Below the pieces are notes generated by a model. The model saw only the letters and a list, made by a program, of their open reading frames with translations. It searched no databases and was not told where the DNA came from. From the NCBI GenBank assembly GCA_045616645.1, contig JAZLHD010000179.1, positions 5,633 to 69,632 on the forward strand: a stretch of DNA of 64,000 nt. The letters run 5' to 3'. Below are positions 1-12,454 of the stretch, in pieces (positions within the stretch are counted from its first letter, which is position 1; each line of letters opens with the position of its first letter). Made by a program: the position numbers and the translations under genes. This stretch comes from Paludibacteraceae bacterium. Its GTDB lineage: Bacteria; Bacteroidota; Bacteroidia; Bacteroidales; Paludibacteraceae.

Positions 1-258
1 TTAGGAACAAGCGGTAAACGCAGGTGGTTCTCTATCACCCCCATCTGACTGAGGACCGTCTTGATACCACTGGGATTACCTTCGATAAATAAGTATTTGA
101 CTAAGTCCGCGTAGTGGTCTTGAAGTGCTTGGTCAGCGTTATGCACTATCTGTCCAAACGCCTCCGGATAAGCATTGGAGGCAACGGAGATAAGTCCGTC
201 CGCACCGGCTGCCATCAGCTCGGCTGCGAGGTTGTCGTCACCACTGAATATTTTTAGT
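1..258 (-). pseudogene. dapA: dapA 3' portion (C-terminal part of 4-hydroxy-tetrahydrodipicolinate synthase). It is out of frame with the 5' portion and continues past the window start.
   Basis: Manual translation of minus-strand codons 248->3 gives FSGDDNLAAELMAAGADGLISVASNAYPEAFGQIVHNADQALQDHYADLVKYLFIEGNPSGIKTVLSQMGVIENHLRLPLVP, a typical DapA C-terminus. The frame is offset by 1 nt from ORF 259..837. A TAG at 279-281 blocks upstream extension in this frame. Confidence 0.85.
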
Positions 259-837
259 TTAGAGTGTAGAGAAGCCGTCTAGTTTAATAGTTGAAAGTTT
301 TATGAGTTTTTTGATTTGTTTGATATTACCGGAGGCTTCTTTGATACCCATAATCTTGTCGGGATAGGCCTCATAGATACGCATCACCGTCTCAGGCAAG
401 AGGTTCACGCCCGTGCGCCCGGGCACGTTATATAAGATAATAGGTACAGGACTAACCTTCGCTATCGCGGAGAAATGTTGAAACAACCCCTCTTGAGAAG
501 GTTTGTTGTAGTAAGGGCAAACGCTCAAAATGGCTGAGCAATACTTGCTGAGTGCCGATTGTTGATTGTTGATTCTATTGATAAGCGCTTGAGTGTTGTT
601 CCCCCCAACGCCAAGGACGAGGGGTAGACGACCCTTTACCTTACGAATAATGAACTGCCATACGTTCAGTTTCTCCGGTTCAGTCATCGTCGCGGCTTCC
701 GCTGTGGTGCCAAGAACAACGAGAAAATCAACGTGCCCGGATAGTTGAATATCGAGCAATTTGTCTAGTCCTTCATAATCCACCGAGCCATCCGCGTGGA
801 AAGGAGTAATAAGGGCAGTGCCGAGACCGTGTATCAT
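259..837 (-). CDS. dapA: 4-hydroxy-tetrahydrodipicolinate synthase, N-terminal 192 aa, ending prematurely inside a heptamer repeat cassette
   Basis: The ORF contains TALITPF, LGTTAE, YNVPGRTG and the active-site region GIKEASGN. It terminates at CTC TAA (259-264) within the repeat instead of continuing to the SGDD motif. Confidence 0.9.
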   Translation of the reverse strand: MIHGLGTALITPFHADGSVDYEGLDKLLDIQLSGHVDFLVVLGTTAEAATMTEPEKLNVWQFIIRKVKGRLPLVLGVGGNNTQALINRINNQQSALSKYCSAILSVCPYYNKPSQEGLFQHFSAIAKVSPVPIILYNVPGRTGVNLLPETVMRIYEAYPDKIMGIKEASGNIKQIKKLIKLSTIKLDGFSTL

Positions 838-875
838 AGGCGTTTAGTTGTTTAGTTGTTTAGACGTTTAGGCGT

Positions 876-4922
<4,047 letters not shown>

Positions 4923-4933
4923 ATTTTAGCCTG

Positions 4934-4965
4934 CAAAGTTACACTTTTTTTTGCATATTTGCAAA
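4934..4965 (-). promoter_or_regulatory. Bacteroidetes sigma-A type promoter for the nuclease/ligA operon. On the + strand, -33 is caaa at 4962-4965 and -7 is caaagtta at 4934-4941.
   Basis: The reverse complement reads TTTG-N20-TAACTTTG, matching the TTTG/TAnnTTTG consensus, 12 nt upstream of the ATG at 4922. Confidence 0.7.
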
Positions 4966-4981
4966 CTTTTTTGTAATTTTG
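4950..4981 (+). promoter_or_regulatory. Bacteroidetes sigma-A type promoter for ftsB-like/ruvC (-33 TTTG 4950-4953, -7 TAATTTTG 4974-4981)
   Basis: TTTG-N20-TAnnTTTG with 20-nt spacing. It is interdigitated with the divergent minus-strand promoter. Confidence 0.7.
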
Positions 4982-4989
4982 CAGTCGAA

Positions 4990-5298
4990 ATGCAAATAAA
5001 TTGGTCAAAAATAGGAGATTGGAGTAAAAAATACTTGTTGAACAAGTATTCGATTACTCTTTTTGTGTTTTTTGTGATTTTTATGTTCGTGGGTAATCAG
5101 AGTATGTTTCAGCGCCTTCGTCGTGCTCATCAGATTCACCAATTAGAACGTAGGTTGGATCAGTATCGTCAAGGGACAAAAGAAGCGGAACGCGAACTGA
5201 TTATGTTGCAGAATCCCGATAGTCTGGAAAAGTATGCGCGAGAGAAATATTTCATGCATGCTCCGGAGGAAGATGTGTATATTGTTCCCGAAAAATGA
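4990..5298 (+). CDS. FtsB/DivIC-like septum formation initiator
   Basis: One N-terminal TM helix (ITLFVFFVIFMFVG) followed by a coiled-coil segment. The start is moved to the ATG at 4990, because the TTG at 4951 lies inside the promoter. ATGA overlap with ruvC. Confidence 0.7.
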   Translation: MQINWSKIGDWSKKYLLNKYSITLFVFFVIFMFVGNQSMFQRLRRAHQIHQLERRLDQYRQGTKEAERELIMLQNPDSLEKYAREKYFMHAPEEDVYIVPEK

Positions 5299-5921
5299 TA
5301 GATAAACTGGTTGCTCATCATCGTATTTTAGGTATTGACCCGGGTACTCTTTTTATGGGTTGGGCGATACTTGATACCGAGGGTTCTAAAGTCCAATTGG
5401 TGGACTTTGGCGTGGAGGATGTGCACAAGTTAGAGGGGCAGTACGCTCGCCTTCAAAAAGAGTTCTTTTTCTTGCAGCAACTGATTGATACACAGCACCC
5501 TACGGAGTTGGCTATCGAGACGCAGTTTGTGGATAAAAACCCGCAAACAATGATTAAGATTGTGCATGCGCAAGGGGTGGCGATAGCGGCTGCTTTGAGT
5601 CGTGACCTTCCCATTAACGAGTATTCTCCGATGAAGGTCAAAATGGCGATTACCGGCAATGGTCATTCGGACAAGTCGCAGGTGGCGGATATGTTGCAAC
5701 GGTTCTTGAAGATTCCCGATGATAGAATGCCCAAAAAACTCGATGCTACCGATGCGTTAGGCATTGCTTATTGTCATTTCTTGCAGTTGGGCTTGCCCTT
5801 AAAAATGGAACACGGAGCGAAAGATTGGACAACATACGCAAAGCAAAAAGGGTTGGCTTCGGGTGCCTTGACAGGACCTAATGCACAATTATTGGCTGCT
5901 CTTGCGCAAAAGAAGAAATAA
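5295..5921 (+). CDS. ruvC: crossover junction endodeoxyribonuclease RuvC
   Basis: ILGIDPGTLFMGWAIL N-terminal catalytic Asp motif; IETQF, and DATDALGIAYCH near the C-terminus. Confidence 0.9.
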   Translation: MIDKLVAHHRILGIDPGTLFMGWAILDTEGSKVQLVDFGVEDVHKLEGQYARLQKEFFFLQQLIDTQHPTELAIETQFVDKNPQTMIKIVHAQGVAIAAALSRDLPINEYSPMKVKMAITGNGHSDKSQVADMLQRFLKIPDDRMPKKLDATDALGIAYCHFLQLGLPLKMEHGAKDWTTYAKQKGLASGALTGPNAQLLAALAQKKK

Positions 5922-5950
5922 AAAATATTTTACACTTTTTTGCGATTATA

Positions 5951-5982
5951 TTTGCATATATCAAAAAAAAGCAGTATCTTTG
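5951..5982 (+). promoter_or_regulatory. sigma-A type promoter for the ferredoxin gene (-33 TTTG 5951-5954, -7 TATCTTTG 5975-5982)
   Basis: TTTG-N20-TAnnTTTG. Confidence 0.65.
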
Positions 5983-6030
5983 CACTCGATTTGTTAATCA
6001 ACCTAAAAGTATAATTTAAAAATTAGTATT

Positions 6031-6195
6031 ATGGCTTACGTTATTTCTGATGATTGTATCGCTTGTGGCACTTGCAAGGATGAGTGTCCGATGGGAGCTA
6101 TCTCCGAAGGCGATCATTATTCCATTGACCCTGATGTATGCACCGAGTGCGGTACATGCGCAGATGTTTGCCCGAGCGGCGCAATTTCCAAATAA
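6031..6195 (+). CDS. 2x[4Fe-4S] ferredoxin (54 aa), absent from the ORF track because it is shorter than 60 aa
   Basis: Manual translation gives MAYVISDDCIACGTCKDECPMGAISEGDHYSIDPDVCTECGTCADVCPSGAISK, with two CxxCxxCxxxCP motifs. It has its own promoter and terminator. Confidence 0.9.
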   Translation: MAYVISDDCIACGTCKDECPMGAISEGDHYSIDPDVCTECGTCADVCPSGAISK

Positions 6196-6215
6196 TTGTC
6201 GTTACAGTGGATCAT

Positions 6216-6250
6216 GAAAGGGACTGCTTTGCAGCCCCTTTCTTTTTTTT
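6216..6250 (+). terminator. rho-independent terminator after the ferredoxin gene
   Basis: Stem gaaagggactgc (6216-6227) pairs with gcagcccctttc (6231-6242) with one mismatch, followed by T8 at 6243-6250. Confidence 0.8.
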
Positions 6251-6312
6251 GCTTGTTTTTTACACTTTTTATCCTTTTTTTACGTTTTTTATAAAGGAAA
6301 ATAGCGCACGCG

Positions 6313-6344
6313 CTTGCATATATGAAAAAAAAGTTGTAACTTTG
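6313..6344 (+). promoter_or_regulatory. sigma-A type promoter for the ATPase gene (-33 cTTG 6313-6316, -7 TAACTTTG 6337-6344)
   Basis: 20-nt spacing, and the extended ttgcatatatg...ctttgcag context shared with other promoters in the window. Confidence 0.6.
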
Positions 6345-6370
6345 CAGCCAAAATCAATATTTACATCATT

Positions 6371-7588
6371 ATGTTAGAAGCTTTTTATCAAATGCACGAT
6401 TATCTGGTGGCACACGCGGAGATGCCTATTCGTCGTTTACTTATGGACGAAATTGATTGGGAGGATCGCTTGATTGCCATCAAAGGAGGTCGCGGAGTAG
6501 GTAAGACGGATTTTTTGTTGGTACGTGCTCGCGAAGTGGAGTCTCAGGTGAGTGACGAAATGGCGGCAGGTGTCCGCAAAAAGAAAGCCGGTCGTCCGTG
6601 CCTATATGTAAATTTGAATAATTTCTATTTCACGGAACATTCGCTTGTGGAGTTTGCTTCGACCTTTGTAAAATCGGGAGGCAAATATTTGTTCTTGGAC
6701 CAAACGTTCAAGTATCCTAACTGGTCGAAGGAGTTGCGTCGTTGTCATGATCGTTTCCACGATTTGCATATTGTATTCTCTGCATCGCCCGTGATGCGGT
6801 TGGTTGAGGATAATAGGGATCTTAATGGCATCATTAAGATGTATAATCTGCGTGGGTTCTCGTTCCGTGAGTATTTGAATTTGCAGACCGGTTTGCACTT
6901 GCAGCCCTATACGTTGGAGGAGATTATTCGTTCGCATGGTTCTATCTCTCGTGAGATTTGCGATTTAGTGCATCCGTTGTATTATTTCAAGAATTACTTG
7001 CGTAGTGGCTATTTCCCCTCTTATCGTGAGAATAAGGACTATAAGACGGAGCTTCTAAAGATGATGAATATGATGCTGGAGGTGGATATATTGATTATCA
7101 AACAGATTGATGTATCGTGCTTACCGAAACTGCGCAAACTATTGCACATCATGCTTAGAGAGGCGCCTTGTGCGTTGAATATAAGTAATATATCGGAGGA
7201 TATATCCATGTCCCGTGCCACGACGATGAACTATATCAAGTGCCTTAAGGATGCTCGTTTGCTCAATCTGCTGTATATGGATGGTAAGCAATATCCTATG
7301 AAGCCAACTAAGGTGTATATGCAGAATACGAACATCGCCAATATGGCGTTAGAAAGGAGTATGACTCCGATGGAGGTGTATGAAACGTATTTCTATCAAG
7401 CATTGCATTCGGATCATAAAGTGAATGCTACAGAGCGTAACGCGATGTTTGTGGTGGATGGCAAATATTATTTTGATGTGAAGGAGCATGTTACAGAGCG
7501 CGATAGTATTCGTCCTTGTGCGGTAGGTGATTTGGAGACGGGGCGCAGTAACTTTATTCCTTTATGGTTGTTAGGGTTCTTGTACTAA
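6371..7588 (+). CDS. AAA-family ATP-binding protein (AAA_14/DUF4143-like architecture)
   Basis: Walker A GGRGVGKTDF, Walker B-like YLFLDQ, and a C-terminal region typical of this Bacteroidales ATPase family. The family assignment is from memory. Confidence 0.7.
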   Translation: MLEAFYQMHDYLVAHAEMPIRRLLMDEIDWEDRLIAIKGGRGVGKTDFLLVRAREVESQVSDEMAAGVRKKKAGRPCLYVNLNNFYFTEHSLVEFASTFVKSGGKYLFLDQTFKYPNWSKELRRCHDRFHDLHIVFSASPVMRLVEDNRDLNGIIKMYNLRGFSFREYLNLQTGLHLQPYTLEEIIRSHGSISREICDLVHPLYYFKNYLRSGYFPSYRENKDYKTELLKMMNMMLEVDILIIKQIDVSCLPKLRKLLHIMLREAPCALNISNISEDISMSRATTMNYIKCLKDARLLNLLYMDGKQYPMKPTKVYMQNTNIANMALERSMTPMEVYETYFYQALHSDHKVNATERNAMFVVDGKYYFDVKEHVTERDSIRPCAVGDLETGRSNFIPLWLLGFLY

Positions 7589-7634
7589 CTTCCGCTTTTA
7601 ATAAGTCTTTATCTATTTAAAAACATAAAACAAA

Positions 7635-10600
7635 ATGAAAGAGAAGAAATTTTTAACTTGTGATGGTAACACAGCGGCAGCGCATATTGCTTATATGTTT
7701 ACCGAAGTAGCCGCTATCTATCCTATCACTCCATCCTCTCCGATGGCGGAGAATGTAGATGAATGGGCAGCGGGTGGTCGTCAAAACATGTTTGGAGAAC
7801 AAGTGTTAGTACAAGAGATGCAGTCCGAAGGTGGTGCTGCAGGTGCTGTACACGGTTCCTTGGCTGCGGGTGCATTAACTACAACCTTTACCGCAAGTCA
7901 GGGCTTATTGCTGATGATCCCGAATATGTATAAGATTGCCGGAGAGTTAATTCCTACGGTTTTCCATGTGTCGGCTCGTACGCTGGCTAGCCATGTACTT
8001 TGTATCTTTGGAGACCACCAAGATGTGATGGCTTGCCGTCAAACGGGTTTTGCAATGCTCGCTGAGGGTAGCGTACAAGAAGTGATGGATCTGGCAGGTG
8101 TAGCTCATTTGAGTACGATTAAGAGTAGAGTGCCTTTCCTTAATTTCTTTGATGGCTTCCGTACTTCGCACGAATATCAAAAAGTGGAAGTGGTGGATAT
8201 GGAAGACCTCCGTCCGCTTGTAGATATGGAGGCTCTTAACGAGTTCCGTCAACGTGCGCTCAGTCCTATGCGTCCTGTGATGCGTGGAATGGCTGAGAAC
8301 CCCGATGTGTTCTTTACGCATCGCGAGAGTTGCAATACGTATTATGATAAGGTTGCAGATATCGTATCCGATTACATGAACGAGATATCAAAGATCACGG
8401 GTCGCACCTATCGTCCCTTCACTTACTATGGCGCTCCGGATGCAGAATCTATGGTTATCGCGATGGGTAGTGTGTGCGAGTGCTTGAAGGAAGTGATTGA
8501 CTATGAGGCTGCTAACGGAAAGAAATTAGGTATGATCAATGTGCATCTCTATCGTCCGTTCTCTCTCAAATACTTACAAGAGGCGTTGCCTAAGTCCGTT
8601 AAACGTATCTGCGTTCTTGATCGCACGAAAGAGCCGGGTGCTAATGGTGAGCCGTTGTATTTAGATGTCAAAGATGCTTTGCAAGAACTGGGCTTGACTC
8701 ATATTGAGGTAGTAGGTGGTCGTTATGGTTTAGGAAGTAACGATACCACACCGGCACAGATGTTGGCTGTTTATGAGAACCTTAATTTGCCACAACCCAA
8801 GAACCATTTCACGGTGGGTATCAACGATGATGTTACCTTCACATCGCTGCCCGTAGGGGAGGAGATTGCGATGGGTGACAAGAGTCTGTTCCAAGCTAAG
8901 TTCTATGGTTTGGGCGCAGATGGTACCGTAGGTGCAAACAAGAACTCTGTGAAGATCATCGGTGAGGGTACGGATAAGTATTGCCAAGCTTATTTCAGTT
9001 ACGATAGTAAGAAATCGGGTGGTTTCACTTGCTCGCACTTGCGTTTTGGTGATGAACCTATCCGCTCGACCTATCTGGTGACTACACCGAACTTCGTGGC
9101 TTGCCACGTACAAGCTTATCTGAAGATGTACGATGTGACGCGCGGTTTGCAGAAAGGCGGTACATTCTTGCTCAACACGATTTGGAGTGGGGACGAACTC
9201 AAGCAAAACTTACCCGACAAAGTGAAGAAATATTTTGCTGAGAACGATATCCGTTGCTACTATATCAATGCTACAAAGATTGCACAAGAGATAGGTTTGG
9301 GCAACCGCACAAACACCATCCTGCAATCCGCGTTCTTCCGTATCACGGAGGTTATTCCTGTAGAGAAAGCCGTTGAGGAGATGAAGCATTTCATCCTCAA
9401 GTCTTACGGGAAGAAGGGAGAAGATGTGGTCAATAAGAACTACGCTGCGGTCGATCGCGGAGGCGAATATCACCTGTTAGACATCGATCCCGCTTGGAAG
9501 AATATCGAAGTGAAAGAGGAGAGTGGTGTAGCCGGTGATCCTGCGTTCATTGCTAATGTTGTTCGTCCTATCAATGCGCAAGCAGGCGATTTACTTCCCG
9601 TTTCTTCTTTCAAGGGTATCGAGGATGGTACGTGGCCCAGCGGAACGGCTAAATATGAGAAACGCGGTGTGAGTGCATTCGTGCCCGTTTGGAATGCCGA
9701 TAACTGTATTGAGTGTAACAAATGTGCTTACGTTTGTCCTCACGCTTGTATCCGTCCGTTCGTTTTGGATGAGCAAGAGAAACAAGGCTTTGAGGCTGCT
9801 ACGCGTGAGATGAAAGCCCCTGCGGCTCTCAAGGGTATGCATTTCCGTATGCAAGTGGGCGTGATGGACTGCCTTGGCTGCGGCAACTGCGTGGATGTAT
9901 GTCCGGGTAATCCGAAGTTAGGTAAGGCGTTGACGATGGTTCCGTTAGAGGGACAAGAAGAAGAGGCTAAGAATTGGGATTACTGCGTGAACAATGTTAA
10001 GAGCAAACAAGATCTGATAGATATCCAATCGAACGTGAAGAACTCGCAGTTCGCTACGCCGCTCTTTGAGTTCTCTGGCGCTTGCTCGGGTTGCGGTGAG
10101 ACACCGTATCTGAAACTCATCAGCCAACTCTTTGGTGATCGTGAGATTGCTGCTAATGCCACGGGTTGTACGTCTATCTATTCGGGTTCAGTTCCTTCTA
10201 CACCTTATACCACGAACGAGAAAGGACAGGGTCCTGCATGGTCGAACTCGTTGTTTGAGGACTTCTGCGAATATGGTTTGGGTATGCAGATTGCCCACCG
10301 TAAGATCAAGGAGCGTCTGGCACGCCTAATGACTAAAGCGCAAGACTGCACTTGCTGCTCGGAGGAACTGAAAGCGATGTTCCGCGAGTGGTTGGAGAAT
10401 AAGAACTCCGCCGAAGTGACCAAACGTCTATACGAGCCGATGGTGGCTGCGATGACGGCTTGCGGTTGCGATACCTGTAAACAGATTCTCCAATATAAAG
10501 ACCATATTGTTAAACGCAGCCAATGGATCATTGGCGGTGATGGTGCTTCGTATGATATCGGCTACGGAGGTTTAGACCACGTCATCGCTTCGGGTGAGGA

Positions 10601-11177
10601 TGTGAATATCCTCGTACTCGATACGGAGGTTTATTCGAATACGGGTGGTCAGGCATCCAAATCGACGCCTCTGGGTGCTATTGCTAAGTTTGCTGCCATG
10701 GGTAAGCGCGTGCGTAAGAAAGACTTAGGTATGATTGCTACCACGTATGGTTATGTTTATGTTGCTCAAGTGGCGATGGGTGCGGACCAAGCACAGACAC
10801 TGAAAGCCATCCGCGAAGCAGAGGCTTATCCCGGACCATCGCTTATCATCGCTTATGCTCCTTGTATCAACCATGGTTTGAAAGCGGGTATGGGTAAGTC
10901 GCAAGAAGAGGAGGCAAAAGCTGTGGCTTGTGGTTACTGGCACTTGTGGCGGTATAATCCACAATTAGAAGTTGAGGGTAAGAACCCCTTCACCTTGGAT
11001 AGCAAAGAACCTCAATGGGAGCAGTTTGAAGACTTCCTTAAGGGCGAAGTGCGCTTTGCCAGTGTGATGAAACAATATCCTAACGAGGCAGCCGAACTCT
11101 TCCAAGCCGCACAAGATAACGCTAAGTGGCGCTATCGCAGTTACTTGAGAATGCTTGCCACCGATTGGACCAAATAA
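7635..11177 (+). CDS. nifJ: pyruvate:ferredoxin (flavodoxin) oxidoreductase
   Basis: 1180-aa ORF. N-terminus GNTAAAHIAYMFTEVAAIYPITPSS, two ferredoxin-like motifs (CIECNKCAYVCPH, CLGCGNCVDVCP) and a TPP region GGDGASYDIGYGGLDH. Confidence 0.97.
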   Translation: MKEKKFLTCDGNTAAAHIAYMFTEVAAIYPITPSSPMAENVDEWAAGGRQNMFGEQVLVQEMQSEGGAAGAVHGSLAAGALTTTFTASQGLLLMIPNMYKIAGELIPTVFHVSARTLASHVLCIFGDHQDVMACRQTGFAMLAEGSVQEVMDLAGVAHLSTIKSRVPFLNFFDGFRTSHEYQKVEVVDMEDLRPLVDMEALNEFRQRALSPMRPVMRGMAENPDVFFTHRESCNTYYDKVADIVSDYMNEISKITGRTYRPFTYYGAPDAESMVIAMGSVCECLKEVIDYEAANGKKLGMINVHLYRPFSLKYLQEALPKSVKRICVLDRTKEPGANGEPLYLDVKDALQELGLTHIEVVGGRYGLGSNDTTPAQMLAVYENLNLPQPKNHFTVGINDDVTFTSLPVGEEIAMGDKSLFQAKFYGLGADGTVGANKNSVKIIGEGTDKYCQAYFSYDSKKSGGFTCSHLRFGDEPIRSTYLVTTPNFVACHVQAYLKMYDVTRGLQKGGTFLLNTIWSGDELKQNLPDKVKKYFAENDIRCYYINATKIAQEIGLGNRTNTILQSAFFRITEVIPVEKAVEEMKHFILKSYGKKGEDVVNKNYAAVDRGGEYHLLDIDPAWKNIEVKEESGVAGDPAFIANVVRPINAQAGDLLPVSSFKGIEDGTWPSGTAKYEKRGVSAFVPVWNADNCIECNKCAYVCPHACIRPFVLDEQEKQGFEAATREMKAPAALKGMHFRMQVGVMDCLGCGNCVDVCPGNPKLGKALTMVPLEGQEEEAKNWDYCVNNVKSKQDLIDIQSNVKNSQFATPLFEFSGACSGCGETPYLKLISQLFGDREIAANATGCTSIYSGSVPSTPYTTNEKGQGPAWSNSLFEDFCEYGLGMQIAHRKIKERLARLMTKAQDCTCCSEELKAMFREWLENKNSAEVTKRLYEPMVAAMTACGCDTCKQILQYKDHIVKRSQWIIGGDGASYDIGYGGLDHVIASGEDVNILVLDTEVYSNTGGQASKSTPLGAIAKFAAMGKRVRKKDLGMIATTYGYVYVAQVAMGADQAQTLKAIREAEAYPGPSLIIAYAPCINHGLKAGMGKSQEEEAKAVACGYWHLWRYNPQLEVEGKNPFTLDSKEPQWEQFEDFLKGEVRFASVMKQYPNEAAELFQAAQDNAKWRYRSYLRMLATDWTK

Positions 11178-11214
11178 TCACTAAACAATAAGCAATAATC
11201 AATAATCAATATTA
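11173..11214. repeat. degenerate heptamer tandem repeat AATAATC x6 bridging the nifJ stop and the next gene's ATG
   Basis: Units aataatc/actaaac/aataagc/aataatc/aataatc/aatatta read off at 7-nt spacing. The same unit recurs at 12433-12456 and 62774-62787, each time at a stop codon. Confidence 0.85.
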
Positions 11215-12437
11215 TGAAACGCTATCTTATTTTGGCTGTTTTAGCAGCAGTGGTAATGACGGGTTGTAAGAATCCTGCCAAGTCCGGTTTCCCACAATTA
11301 GACGAATGGGCAAAATATGTATATGAGGTTAAAACCTCTATCATTGGTTATCCGTGTACTCAATATGTTGCTCTCCAAGAGTATTATGAGTGGTACACAG
11401 CGAATAAATTAGGAACCGTTGCGTTTAACAACGTGGGTGATCCTTTTGCTTCTGAGGGAGGAATCTTTCCTACGAGTTCGACCACTTTTGAGCGTGAAGT
11501 ATTAGATTGGTTTGCTCCGTACTACGGCTACGAACAGGGGAAGTACTGGGGATTGGTAAGTAATAGCGGTACGGACGGTAATAACCATGGAATCTATTTT
11601 GGCGTCAATTATCTCTATGGCAAGACGGGACAAATGCCGATCTTCTATGTTTCGGACGAAGCACACTATTCCAATATGCGCTTAGCTGATTTGCAAAACT
11701 TGGATCTATGTCTCATTCCGTCCGACACAATGGGTCGCATGATTCCTGAAGAGTTAGAGAAACGCATCAATCCTAATCGTCCGTGCCTCATCGTGTATGC
11801 GATGGGCTCTACTTTGAAGGGGGCTATTGACGACCAAGCGGCTTTGAATGCGGTCTTGGCTAAGTTCCCAAAGATGGAAGTCTATCGTCACGTGGATGCC
11901 GCTTTGTTCGGTGGATACCTGCCCTTTACGGAATATAAAGATTTGCTTAATCAAGAGAAGATGGGATACCAATCCATCGCTATCAGTGCCCATAAATTCT
12001 TTGGTTCGGACGAACCCGGAGGATTATTCTTCACTTCCAAAGAGGTTTATGATGGACAGACACGTTATGATATCCCCTATCTAAATCAAAACATGAAGAT
12101 GATTAACTGTTCTCGCTCAACGCAAGCTCCGCTTAAGTTTTGGTGGCTCATTCATAAAGTAGGTGCTGATTGTTGGACAGAGCAAGCGAAGGCTATTTTG
12201 GAGGAGACTGCTTATTTTGATGCTAAACTGAATGAGATAGGGTATCCGCATTGGATTAATGATTTGAGTAACACGATTGTGTTGAAACGTCCAAATGAGA
12301 AGTTAATGAAGAAATATACTCTAGCCGCGGGTTATGATGACAAGATGGGTGGTGAAGTGTGCCACTTAGTCGTAATGCAACACGTGGACAAGAAATTAAT
12401 CAATCAGTTCGTTTACGACCTCCAAAATCTCCAATAA
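11214..12437 (+). CDS. PLP-dependent group II decarboxylase (histidine decarboxylase-like) with a lipoprotein signal peptide
   Basis: MKRYLILAVLAAVVMTGC lipobox. IGYPC..NNVGDPF, SNSGTDGNNHG and the PLP-lysine motif ISAHKFFG. Confidence 0.75.
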   Translation: MKRYLILAVLAAVVMTGCKNPAKSGFPQLDEWAKYVYEVKTSIIGYPCTQYVALQEYYEWYTANKLGTVAFNNVGDPFASEGGIFPTSSTTFEREVLDWFAPYYGYEQGKYWGLVSNSGTDGNNHGIYFGVNYLYGKTGQMPIFYVSDEAHYSNMRLADLQNLDLCLIPSDTMGRMIPEELEKRINPNRPCLIVYAMGSTLKGAIDDQAALNAVLAKFPKMEVYRHVDAALFGGYLPFTEYKDLLNQEKMGYQSIAISAHKFFGSDEPGGLFFTSKEVYDGQTRYDIPYLNQNMKMINCSRSTQAPLKFWWLIHKVGADCWTEQAKAILEETAYFDAKLNEIGYPHWINDLSNTIVLKRPNEKLMKKYTLAAGYDDKMGGEVCHLVVMQHVDKKLINQFVYDLQNLQ

Positions 12438-12454
12438 TCAATAATCAATCTTCA

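Noticed and set aside
251-255. Homopolymer (T5) sequencing error as the cause of the dapA frameshift
   Set aside because: The premature TAA (259-261) lies upstream, in the coding direction, of the homopolymer. The downstream frame is blocked by TAG at 279-281. Only an indel within 262-278, or loss of a whole heptamer, can rescue the ORF, so a T-run miscall cannot.
6138-6377. 79-aa plus-strand ORF
   Set aside because: It is in a different frame overlapping the ferredoxin 3' end, then runs through the terminator T-tract and the next promoter. It is an artefact of the T-rich sequence.
12359-12454. N-terminal extensions given in the ORF track (12359, 13899, 41822, 35047, 4951, 33608, 24559, 50146, 21643)
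   Set aside because: The extensions overlap the upstream gene, a promoter or a terminator, and often begin with TTG. Internal ATGs give canonical N-termini (signal peptides or conserved first motifs), so the starts were moved.
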